From NCBI RefSeq assembly GCF_900232105.1, contig NZ_LT934425.1, positions 1,080,001 to 1,112,000 on the forward strand: a DNA stretch of 32,000 bases, given 5' to 3'. Source of the stretch: Candidatus Kuenenia stuttgartensis (GTDB lineage Bacteria > Planctomycetota > Brocadiia > Brocadiales > Brocadiaceae). Of the stretch, positions 17,822 through 26,330 are shown in pieces; the stretch's first letter is position 1, and the number at the start of each line of letters is the position of its first letter. The translations under genes were made by a program, and so were the position numbers. The notes beneath the pieces were generated by a model. The model had not been told where the DNA came from. It searched no databases and saw only the letters and a list, made by a program, of their open reading frames with translations.

Positions 17822-18906
17822 TGCAAATTAATTTCAACCTGTGCATTATCCCGAAGATCGTTGATCAGATCACCCATTTCAATCGCAACTAATTTTTCAC
17901 GGACAGTGTCTTTGACAGCATCAAAACTTACATCTTTTGCCGGAGCGTGATTTGTAACATAAATTAAGTGATATCCAAATTCTGTTTTAACCGGCTCACT
18001 CACCTTGCCGACTTCTGTAGAAAATGCCGCGTTAGCAAAAGTTTCCACCATCACCCCATGCCTTGGGAAAGAACCGAGTTCTCCTCCCGTTTTCCCAGTA
18101 GGACATTCAGAATACTTTTTGGCCAGTTCCGCAAAGTTCGCGCCGTTATCCAGCTCTTTTTTTATCGATTCAATTTTAGCCCTTGCTTTGTCCAAATCTT
18201 CCTGCTCCTTCATTCCCTTTGTTCCTATAAGTATATGGCTTGCGGTGACCTCTTCTCCTGTAAATTCATTAATATTTTTAATGAAATAGTTTTCCAGTGT
18301 TTTATCATCAACATTATTAGTCACATAAGCATCAAGCGCCGCAGACATTCTAATTGCAGTACTTAGCTCATCAATATTGCTGCCCTGGATTTCGAGAAAT
18401 TGTTCTAATGTTTTCCCTTCTGCAGCAGGATTCTTTGCTATATTTTCCCGCATTTTATTGATTTCGTTATTTACAACGTCATCAGCGACATCCAAACCTT
18501 TTTCCCGGACAAATTGCCTTAAAATTGCCTGTGTAACAAGCTGCTCAGTAATTTGTTTTTCCAAAGAGGGTATCGCCCCAGGAGGCACTTGTTTTCTGAA
18601 ACGATCAAGAATTTTATCAAGATCCTTGCGGAGAATTTTTTCTTCATTTACAGAAGCAATTATTTTGTTAGGATCAGGTTTTTCTTTCTTGCCGTGAACA
18701 AACCCCATGCCATGGTCGCTTCCGGAAGTGGCGACAGCCTTCGTTTCTTGTCCTAAATTAACGTTTTTATGTATTTCTTCAAAATCTCTTTCGTTTGCCT
18801 GACTACTTAATTGCGGGACGTCCGATTCATCCTTTCCACAACCACTGACGGCAGCGAGCATTAACAATCCTGAAATAATTATAAAAGTAAAATGTTTTCC
18901 TACCAT
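17818..18906 (-). CDS. PpiC/SurA-like peptidyl-prolyl cis-trans isomerase lipoprotein
   Basis: MVGKHFTFIIISGLLMLAAVSGCGKD is a lipoprotein signal with lipobox; parvulin domain EVTASHILIGTKGMKEQEDLDKARAKIESIKKELDNGANFAELAKKYSECPTGKTGGELGSFPRHGVMVETFANAAFSTEVGKVSEPVKTEFGYHLIYV. ATG at 18906 has an AAGGAGT SD; the track start 19092 is too far upstream. Confidence 0.9.
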   Translation of the reverse strand: MVGKHFTFIIISGLLMLAAVSGCGKDESDVPQLSSQANERDFEEIHKNVNLGQETKAVATSGSDHGMGFVHGKKEKPDPNKIIASVNEEKILRKDLDKILDRFRKQVPPGAIPSLEKQITEQLVTQAILRQFVREKGLDVADDVVNNEINKMRENIAKNPAAEGKTLEQFLEIQGSNIDELSTAIRMSAALDAYVTNNVDDKTLENYFIKNINEFTGEEVTASHILIGTKGMKEQEDLDKARAKIESIKKELDNGANFAELAKKYSECPTGKTGGELGSFPRHGVMVETFANAAFSTEVGKVSEPVKTEFGYHLIYVTNHAPAKDVSFDAVKDTVREKLVAIEMGDLINDLRDNAQVEINLQ

Positions 18907-19206
18907 AAGAACTCCTTTTAGCCTTTTTGGAATAAAACCCAAAACGTTTATCAAAAATAAATATCCTGAATGTAATAAAACACAAAAAATCTGGTTATTC
19001 AGATCTATAAGTATTTTTTTCTTAACACTCTTTGTTTTTGTCGCAAAAACCCGATTGTCATAAGAAAATTTTAAGAGAGTAATACAAAACAATCCTATTT
19101 AAAAAAAAGTTCCTTAATATGCCTATTTCAAAAAATCTATTTTGTGTACCAAAACAAAACGAACGCCAATATAACGATAGATTAGATACCTGTTTAAATA
19201 TGTACA

Positions 19207-19291
19207 TGGGCGAGGTGGGAGTCGAACCCACACAACCGTTTAAGGTCAAAGGATTTTAAGTCCTTCGTGTCTGCCATTCCACCACTCGCCC
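19207..19291 (-). tRNA. tRNA-Leu (anticodon UAA)
   Basis: Reverse complement GGGCGAGTGGTGGAATGGCAGACACGAAGGACTTAAAATCCTTTGACCTTAAACGGTTGTGTGGGTTCGACTCCCACCTCGCCCA; 7-bp acceptor GGGCGAG/CTCGCCC, long variable arm, 85 nt, no encoded CCA. Confidence 0.95.
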
Positions 19292-19420
19292 TGTGATATG
19301 TATGTATGTGAGCGTTTGTTTTACGTGTAACTATTACAAATGCTAGAATTCGAGGGTTAAATGAATGTCTTGAAAAGCGAAGAGTTTGCAGGGGTGCTTC
19401 TTGTTTCAAGATATAAAAAA

Positions 19421-19493
19421 AGGCGGCACTGGGATTCGAACCCAGGATAACGGTTTTGCAAACCGTGGCCTTAGTCCACTTGGCGATGCCGCC
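19421..19493 (-). tRNA. tRNA-Cys (anticodon GCA)
   Basis: Reverse complement GGCGGCATCGCCAAGTGGACTAAGGCCACGGTTTGCAAAACCGTTATCCTGGGTTCGAATCCCAGTGCCGCCT; acceptor GGCGGCA/TGCCGCC. Confidence 0.95.
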
Positions 19494-19727
19494 GATAAAT
19501 TCTCATAATTTCTACCAATACTGTCGGTAGTATTAAACACAGATTGTTGCATCATTGGTTTGGAAGGTTTACAACAAGTACTGCATAATTCGAACAGGTC
19601 TCAGTGGCAAATCAATTTTAGATCGGCAAAAAAGTTAATCGTATCATTAAGAAGGAGATTAGGCAAGAAATATTTATTAATTACCTTAGCACCTATAGCG
19701 AGTACGGGGTCTAGCAAAATCTACCAC

Positions 19728-21620
19728 TCATTTTGAAGCAAACTGGTATTTTTCGGTTAATAAACCAAAGTGTATACTTGGTGTTAAATAAGAAACCGCA
19801 CTGACATTTTTCATAGATTCCTGCATTTTTAAATTAAAGTGGTCGGGTTGTTTGTTGCACGTTTGTTGAGAATTTTCGGATACCGTTAGTCTTTTTTCAT
19901 GTTGCATACATTCTGAGACGAGAAGACGGTCTTTTGATAAAGAAATAAGATATTTCACCAAGGCATCCAATTCGTTGGTGCTAAGTTTTTCCTCGAATCC
20001 CGGCATTTTATTTTTCGTACCATAGAATTTTTTATCGTCCGGGTTTTTAATGAAACCCTTTAACCACTCTTCCGATAAGTAATCGGTTAAATTAGGCGCA
20101 ATCTTTATTGCATTTTTATCGCCTATGGGATGGCAGATAGCACAATTGCCTTTAAGGGTTAATTCTCTGCCCCTTTCAAGGCTATCTGTGTTTGTATTGA
20201 GTAAATTTCCCGATTGGCTTAATAAAAACTCTGTAATGTCCCACACTGACCCTTCCGGGAGTTTTATCGCCGGCATCACACCGGACTCTCCGAAATATTT
20301 TTTATCTCTGGGATTTTTGAGTAACCCAAACAACCACTCCCGTGATCCAAAGTTGGTAAAATCAGGGGCGTTATCCCCCCCTATTCCTTTTAACTTGTGG
20401 CATCCATTACAATTTTGCTTAAAAATTTTTTCCCCTAAATAAATAGGGTCATTCAGGAAAATAGACATCCCTCCTTCCGGATGAATGCCTTTTTTTGCGA
20501 GAACGACTGCCCTAGCGGCCTGAATTTCAGCGTCTTCACGCTGATGAATAATATGAATATCATGTGCATCATGATGCATTGCAAGGACGGTCAATGCAAT
20601 TGCCCCTGCCATTCCAGAAGAGACCGTTGCAAAGAAAGGAATCCTTTTGGCGGGAGAATTTGAAGGTGTTCTATCTATGAACGGCAAAACAAGGAGAAAT
20701 ACAAGACCAATCATTGGTACGATAACGGTACCTACAATCAGGAGATTTCCCTGACAGTATTTTAATAGCTGAAATAAGAATAAAAAATACCATTCTGGTC
20801 TGGCAAGATAATTGGATGCCGGGTCAGCCGGCGCCTGAAGTTCTGCCCCCCCTTTCCAAAAAACCCATACTGCTAGAGCAGCATAAATGATCATGGCAAA
20901 TACGATATCTTTAAACACCTGATCCGGCCAAAAAGGGTCAACCCGCTCCTTTAACAGCTTTTCACTTATTTTCCAATGAGGAGTTACACCATGCTTGCGA
21001 AACAGAGCGACATGGACAAAAAGAAAAAATACCAGCGAAATTGGCAATATGAATACATGAAGTGTAAAAAACCGTGTAAGGGTGAAATTACCATAATCAG
21101 ATCCGCCTTGGTGCAGCACTTTAATGTACTCGCCAATTACAGGGATAGTTCCCATGATATTGGTAGCAACCTGCGTGGCCCAGTATCCTTTTTGATCCCA
21201 TGGCAAAAGATATCCGGTCAACCCAAATCCCATGAGAAAAACAAGAAGAAAGACCCCGGTAATCCAGTTAAGTTCGCGTGGTTTTTTATATGCGCCATAA
21301 ATAAACACCTGGAAGAAATGAACAATGGCTAAAATTATCATTGCGCTTGAACCAAAATGATGGACGCCCCTTACAAACCAGCCAAAGGAGGTTTGTTCCT
21401 GTATATAGTAAACGCTTCCCCATGCTGTCGTCGAAGAAGGGGAATAAAAACTGGCCATTACTATCCCGGTTATCGCCTGAAGCATGAAAAGGAATATTAA
21501 TCCACTGCCAAAAACATATGTCCACCGTGCGCCGCCATGCACAGGTTCATCCAAGGCGGTTTTAAGCAACGTGTTTAAGCCGGTTCTATTATCAATCCAT
21601 TCGTAAAATTTATTTGCCAT
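19728..21620 (-). CDS. Cytochrome b (bc complex) fused to a C-terminal diheme cytochrome c module
   Basis: Cyt b signatures (VRGVHHFGSSAMIILAIVHFFQVF, FFTLHVFILPISLVFFLFVHVALFRKHG, ARPEWYFLFLFQLLK), then two CXXCH motifs (CNGCH, CAICH), each followed by an Met-containing segment (GVMPAIKL, NKMPGFEE). Confidence 0.93.
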   Translation of the reverse strand: MANKFYEWIDNRTGLNTLLKTALDEPVHGGARWTYVFGSGLIFLFMLQAITGIVMASFYSPSSTTAWGSVYYIQEQTSFGWFVRGVHHFGSSAMIILAIVHFFQVFIYGAYKKPRELNWITGVFLLVFLMGFGLTGYLLPWDQKGYWATQVATNIMGTIPVIGEYIKVLHQGGSDYGNFTLTRFFTLHVFILPISLVFFLFVHVALFRKHGVTPHWKISEKLLKERVDPFWPDQVFKDIVFAMIIYAALAVWVFWKGGAELQAPADPASNYLARPEWYFLFLFQLLKYCQGNLLIVGTVIVPMIGLVFLLVLPFIDRTPSNSPAKRIPFFATVSSGMAGAIALTVLAMHHDAHDIHIIHQREDAEIQAARAVVLAKKGIHPEGGMSIFLNDPIYLGEKIFKQNCNGCHKLKGIGGDNAPDFTNFGSREWLFGLLKNPRDKKYFGESGVMPAIKLPEGSVWDITEFLLSQSGNLLNTNTDSLERGRELTLKGNCAICHPIGDKNAIKIAPNLTDYLSEEWLKGFIKNPDDKKFYGTKNKMPGFEEKLSTNELDALVKYLISLSKDRLLVSECMQHEKRLTVSENSQQTCNKQPDHFNLKMQESMKNVSAVSYLTPSIHFGLLTEKYQFASK

Positions 21621-21648
21621 AGTGCGGTTCTGCCTTATCTTAAATATC

Positions 21649-22137
21649 TTAGGTTATATTTTTATAATCAACGAAAACAGTATTGTTTTCAACTTTTGTC
21701 CGATAACTGTACATGCCGCGAGGAGCAGGTCCGGATATTGTTTTGCCATTTACATCGAAGACACCCTCATGACATGGACACAAAAATCGGGAAACATCAT
21801 TTGCCCAGTCTATACCACAACCAAGATGGGGGCAATTTGTTGAAAACACCTTTAATGAATCATCTTTTTGCCTTATAACCCACACAGATCCCATCACCAA
21901 TCCTTCAAAGATATTCCACGCATCCATCTTCGAAGAGGTCACCGCCACTTTTTTAGGGATACCGACGGGAAAGTCATCGAGCTTGCCAATACCAATGAAA
22001 TCTTCAGTCCCATAGACGGTTTCTTTCAGCCATGGATGGATTATCAATCCTATTATTGGAGCTAGTATGCCTGCAACAAGTGTTCCACCCAAAATATTCG
22101 AAATAATCTTCAAAAAACTTCTTCTGCTCTTTTCCAT
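21649..22137 (-). CDS. Rieske [2Fe-2S] protein of cytochrome bc complex
   Basis: Twin-arginine-like N-terminus MEKSRRSFLK with TM segment; cluster motifs CPHLGC and CPCHEGVFD. Confidence 0.95.
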   Translation of the reverse strand: MEKSRRSFLKIISNILGGTLVAGILAPIIGLIIHPWLKETVYGTEDFIGIGKLDDFPVGIPKKVAVTSSKMDAWNIFEGLVMGSVWVIRQKDDSLKVFSTNCPHLGCGIDWANDVSRFLCPCHEGVFDVNGKTISGPAPRGMYSYRTKVENNTVFVDYKNIT

Positions 22138-22391
22138 TCTTTATTTTCCTTTGTCTTTCCGGAAGTACTATTATGAGATCATGTCTAATAACTTTTAGTC
22201 CTTCATGTTATGTGCGATGCATAAGATTGTTTCATAAAATAATCACTGTCGCAGCTTTCGGGGAAGGATATGGTTGTTTTTATTGCCTTTTCATAAAAAG
22301 CGTTCATTTTATTTATTTACGCTCGCAAATCAATGCTAAATTTTTAAAAATGAAAATTAAATTTTATCACAAACGATATTTCCTTTGAAAC

Positions 22392-22952
22392 TTATTTTAA
22401 AGGAAACGAAAATGCGATGGTGATATTATTCTTTACTTTCAAAGCGCCTAGTAATGCCTTGTATGGTTTTATGCCATACTCTTTTTGCATCAAATCAACA
22501 GACCCTTTCAGGATGCTTTCAACCGTTAATTCGCAGTCAAATTCGATAGTATTTGTAACGCCATGCAAGGTTAATTCTCCAGTGGTATGGTAACCGACAT
22601 TGTTTTTACCAACACCCGTCGATTGGAAGCTTATTGTCGGATATTTTTCTGAATGAAGCACATCGTTATTTGTAGCCTCTTCAATTTCCGATTTATCCTT
22701 TTCTTTTAATGTATCATTTTGTTGCTGGCCATTCTTCATTGCACAGACTACTTTTAATGCGTTTGCCGGTATTGTCACATTTATTGTTGCGGATGAAAGG
22801 TCATCGGAGGGGATATTTAAATCAACTTTGAAACGAGTTACATCCAGCAATAAATCATGCGCAACGGTGCTTAACATTCCTTCCTTAAAAGTATAAACCT
22901 GTATTTTGCCTGTATTTTCATCAAAAGAATATGTACCTGCTTTTATCGCCAT
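22392..22952 (-). CDS. YceI family protein
   Basis: GTYSFDENTGKIQVYTFKEGMLSTVAHDLLLDVTRFKVDL ... YPTISFQSTGVG...YHTTGELTLHGVTNTIEFDCEL. Confidence 0.85.
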   Translation of the reverse strand: MAIKAGTYSFDENTGKIQVYTFKEGMLSTVAHDLLLDVTRFKVDLNIPSDDLSSATINVTIPANALKVVCAMKNGQQQNDTLKEKDKSEIEEATNNDVLHSEKYPTISFQSTGVGKNNVGYHTTGELTLHGVTNTIEFDCELTVESILKGSVDLMQKEYGIKPYKALLGALKVKNNITIAFSFPLK

Positions 22953-23091
22953 GTCTTTCTCCTCTACCGAACATTAGCAAACCGAATCCGTCTTAAAACA
23001 ACCTAAAACCAGTAATATCAAACTTATATTCCTGATTTTTCATTTTTTTTTAAAATTATTCTCTGCGTAATTTGGAGTAAAAAAACAATAT

Positions 23092-24060
23092 TCATCGTGT
23101 TTGAGCTGGTACACACTTATTTAAATCTTCCTTCATATTCATTACGGCATTCTGCGCGGCTTCTTTCCATGTTTGTGCGCCATATTTATCTTTCCAACTT
23201 CGGTTATTATATGCGTAGAGGATGGAACGGGAAGCATTGATAATTGCTCCGTAGCCGTCTGAATTGAAACAATTTTTTATATCTTCCGCTGTCGCCCCCT
23301 GGGATCCATAGCCTGGAATAAGCAAGTAAGCATTGGGCATTGTTTTTCGCAATATCAAGATATCTTCAGGGTATGTGGCGCCGACAACGGCGCCTATTGC
23401 ACTATATCCATATGTTCCAATTGACCGACTTCCCCATGTATGAATTTTTTCTGCAATTATTTGATGCAGCTTTTTTGTGCCGCACAAAAGGTCTTGAAAT
23501 TCAACAGAGGAGGGATTGGAGGTTTTTGCCAGTACAAATATGCCTTTATCGTATGTTTCCGCGTTTTTTATAAAAGGGAGTATACTATCCACTCCCAATA
23601 AAGGATTAACCGTGATGGCGTCCGATTGGAAAGCAATTTGGGTGGTGTTGTTTATCGAAACCTGTCCAATATGAGCATTTGCATATGCAGCAGCCGTATT
23701 GGGAACATCGCCTCTTTTAACATCGCCAATGACAATAAGCCCCTTTTGCTTTGCATAATGAATAGTTTCTGCGTATGACCAAATACCCTGCCAGCCATAA
23801 AGCTCATAAAATGCAATTTGCAGCTTTACAATACCCACCAAATGTTCCAGAGTGTCAATGACTTGTTTATTAAACTCCAGAATAACGTTTGCTGCATATT
23901 TAAACGCGTCATCCTGCAATTTTGAAAATTGTTGCTTAATAGACTCGGGTATGAGGTCAAAGTGAGGATCTAATCCTACCACCACACAACAGTTTTTTTT
24001 CTGTATGGCAGTTGTTAATTTATCTGAAAAATTTGCTTTACGGTTTATTGCTATCGCCAC
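23092..24060 (-). CDS. pyrF: Orotidine 5'-phosphate decarboxylase (type 2)
   Basis: CCVVVGLDPHFDLIPESI, KGLIVIGDVKRGDVPNTAAAYA, DAITVNPLLGVDSILPFI, LIPGYGSQGATAEDIKNCFNSDGYGAIINASRSILYA. Confidence 0.94.
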   Translation of the reverse strand: MAIAINRKANFSDKLTTAIQKKNCCVVVGLDPHFDLIPESIKQQFSKLQDDAFKYAANVILEFNKQVIDTLEHLVGIVKLQIAFYELYGWQGIWSYAETIHYAKQKGLIVIGDVKRGDVPNTAAAYANAHIGQVSINNTTQIAFQSDAITVNPLLGVDSILPFIKNAETYDKGIFVLAKTSNPSSVEFQDLLCGTKKLHQIIAEKIHTWGSRSIGTYGYSAIGAVVGATYPEDILILRKTMPNAYLLIPGYGSQGATAEDIKNCFNSDGYGAIINASRSILYAYNNRSWKDKYGAQTWKEAAQNAVMNMKEDLNKCVPAQTR

Positions 24061-24098
24061 ATCGAATGTCCTTAAACAGCAGAAATAGATGTAAATAA

Positions 24099-24662
24099 TT
24101 AAAGCATTAAAAAGTTCTTAAGAAGCTTTGGACCTTCTTCGGTGAGAAAAGATTCCGGATGGAACTGGACCCCTTCCAGTAAATGAACCTTATGCCGAAT
24201 CCCCATAATTTCATCGTTGTCGGCTCTTGCAGTAATTTCAAAGCAATCCGGCAGAGAATCTTCTTTCACAATGAGCGAGTGATAACGTGTGGCCATAAAC
24301 GGATTGGAAAGTCCCTTATAAATAGTCTTGCCATCATGGATGATCATTGAGGTCTTTCCATGCATAAGCCTTCGCGCACGAATAATATCTGCACCATATG
24401 TATAAGCGATGCATTGATGCCCTAAACAAACCCCCAGTATAGGTATTTTACCGGAGAAATACCGTATGATATCATTTGATATGCCTGCTTCTTTAGGAGT
24501 ACATGGTCCAGGTGAAATAATAATATGCGATGGGGTTTCTTTTTCGATCTTATCAAGACTTATTTTATCGTTTCTAAAAACTTCCATTTTTTCGCCAAAA
24601 GCACCTATTTGCTGTACGAGATTATAGGTGAAAGAATCGTAATTGTCAACAATGATGACCAT
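24099..24662 (-). CDS. Anthranilate / aminodeoxychorismate synthase glutamine amidotransferase subunit (TrpG/PabA)
   Basis: IIVDNYDSFTYNLVQ, SPGPCTPKEAG, ILGVCLGHQCIAYTYG, EGVQFHPESFLTEEG. Confidence 0.93.
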   Translation of the reverse strand: MVIIVDNYDSFTYNLVQQIGAFGEKMEVFRNDKISLDKIEKETPSHIIISPGPCTPKEAGISNDIIRYFSGKIPILGVCLGHQCIAYTYGADIIRARRLMHGKTSMIIHDGKTIYKGLSNPFMATRYHSLIVKEDSLPDCFEITARADNDEIMGIRHKVHLLEGVQFHPESFLTEEGPKLLKNFLML

Positions 24663-24787
24663 GATTTCCGTTTGTCCTCAGACTGATACTATAAAATGAA
24701 ATATTGAATAGCAAAAAAGTTTTTAAGTACAGTTTAAATAAGCGATTAGATAATACCTGCAGTTAACGCTGCAAATGCAAAAACAAC

Positions 24788-24815
24788 TTGACAATATGAC
24801 ATTTTTTGTTAAAAT
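24788..24815 (+). promoter_or_regulatory. Predicted sigma70-like promoter
   Basis: TTGACA at 24788-24793, 16-nt spacer, TAAAAT at 24810-24815. Confidence 0.5.
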
Positions 24816-24821
24816 TTAAAA

Positions 24822-24951
24822 ATTATAGACGTTGCAATATATTAATGTATGCTTTCATAGGTTGCTGTAGTTTCGCCGTTTCAGGCTTACTAAGAGTCCT
24901 AAATAGGAAGACAGCTTCAGATAAAAGTGGGTTATACCCACTTTTTTTTTT
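24822..24951 (+). ncRNA. Candidate structured leader or small RNA ending in an intrinsic terminator
   Basis: Downstream of a predicted promoter, with GCTGT(864-868)/ACAGC(911-915) enclosing GCC-GTTTCA-GGC and TCCT-AAAT-AGGA hairpins, then a terminator. No ORF in the region. Confidence 0.45.
24924..24951 (+). terminator. Strong Rho-independent terminator
   Basis: AAAGTGGGT-TAT-ACCCACTTT followed by an uninterrupted T run to 24951; perfect 9-bp stem with 3-nt loop. Confidence 0.85.
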
Positions 24952-25207
24952 AATATTCATGATTATGTCCTTATATTGATTATAGTAAGAAGATTGAGAA
25001 ATTTATAGTTAATAATTTTTGGACTATGCATATTTATTAATGGTTTCGCATTGACAAAGTAAAAATATACCAATTAGAAATATATTGTGTCAATAATGTT
25101 AAGTATTTAATGTTTTTTGTGTCTAAATATACTTTATAAAAAAATTTGCATCAATGAGCAGTGTTTATTATTGATTATTTTCTAAATTTCATTTTAGATA
25201 AAATGGT

Positions 25208-26281
25208 ATGGACAAAGAAAATTTACTCCGTTTAGTGGATAGTTTGCATAGAGACAAGGAAATTGCAAAGGAAGTAGTGTTTCAGGGCATTGAAGCTGCC
25301 TTAATTACCGCAGCAAAGAAGCATTTCAGGTCACAGGAAGCCGTTTCCATACAGATAGATAGAAAAACAGGGGAAATAGTGGCTATGGAAGGAGACCGCA
25401 AAATAGACCCTTCTGAATTAGGTAGGATCACTGCCCAAACAGCCAAGCAGGTCATTATTCAAAAGATTAGGGAGGCAGAGAGGGATGTGATTTTCGAAGA
25501 TTTTTGCAAGAGGAAAGGGGTAATTGTTAGCGGTAAGGTGCAAAGGTTCGAAGGGGCTACTATGATTGTAAATTTAGGCAAAACAGAAGGTGTTTTACAA
25601 AAATCGGAACAAACGGCCAATGAACATTATACCATAGGAGAACGGGTTCGGGCAGTTATTCTTGATGTAAAAAAAGTGGGAACACGTGTAAAAATAACAC
25701 TGTCGAGAACTCATCCCGATTTTGTTCGAAAGCTTTTTGAATTAGAAGTGCCGGAAATTGCTGAAAATACTATCGAAATTAAAGCACTGGCAAGAGAAGC
25801 AGGCCAGAGGTCAAAGATTGCCGTTGCTTCAAGTGATGAGAATGTAGATTGTGTAGGCGCGTGTGTTGGAATGCGCGGGTCCCGTATCAAGAATATTGTT
25901 GATGAGTTGAATGGCGAAAAAATTGATATTATCCGGTGGAGCGAGGAGCCGGAATTGTTATTACCCAATGCTTTGAAGCCTGCGGAAGTTTCGGGAATAA
26001 TTTTATCTCCCGAAAATCGAACGGCTACAATCGTTGTTCCAAATGATCAGCTTTCTTTAGCGATAGGGAAAAGGGGGCAAAATGTGCGCCTTGCTTCAAG
26101 ACTGACTGAATGGAATATTGATATCATTACCGACGCAGAATTTGAAAAAAGGCAAAAAGCCGACGATCTTGAACTTGCAGAAGTTGCCGACGCAAATAAT
26201 GTTTCTACTAATGACCTCTCGGGGAAAAATGTTGCTGCCACGAATTCTGAATATAACGACAATGTCGAATCAAAGAGTTAA
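25208..26281 (+). CDS. nusA: Transcription termination/antitermination protein NusA
   Basis: NusA N-domain, S1 (GVIVSGKVQRFEGATMIVNLGKTEGVL) and KH domains (GACVGMRGSRIKNIVDELNGEKIDIIRW, LAIGKRGQNVRLASRLTEWNIDI). Confidence 0.96.
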   Translation: MDKENLLRLVDSLHRDKEIAKEVVFQGIEAALITAAKKHFRSQEAVSIQIDRKTGEIVAMEGDRKIDPSELGRITAQTAKQVIIQKIREAERDVIFEDFCKRKGVIVSGKVQRFEGATMIVNLGKTEGVLQKSEQTANEHYTIGERVRAVILDVKKVGTRVKITLSRTHPDFVRKLFELEVPEIAENTIEIKALAREAGQRSKIAVASSDENVDCVGACVGMRGSRIKNIVDELNGEKIDIIRWSEEPELLLPNALKPAEVSGIILSPENRTATIVVPNDQLSLAIGKRGQNVRLASRLTEWNIDIITDAEFEKRQKADDLELAEVADANNVSTNDLSGKNVAATNSEYNDNVESKS

Positions 26282-26330
26282 TAATGAGGAAATAAATTTA
26301 TTTTTTGGGTAATTGTTTTTGGGAATTTAA

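Noticed and set aside
18907-19092. N-terminal extension of the PpiC ORF
   Set aside because: Internal ATG 18906 has a good SD and begins a proper lipoprotein signal; the extension lacks these.
19207-19493. tRNA pair as an integration site of a mobile island
   Set aside because: No integrase, attachment-site duplication or phage-like genes are visible near either tRNA.
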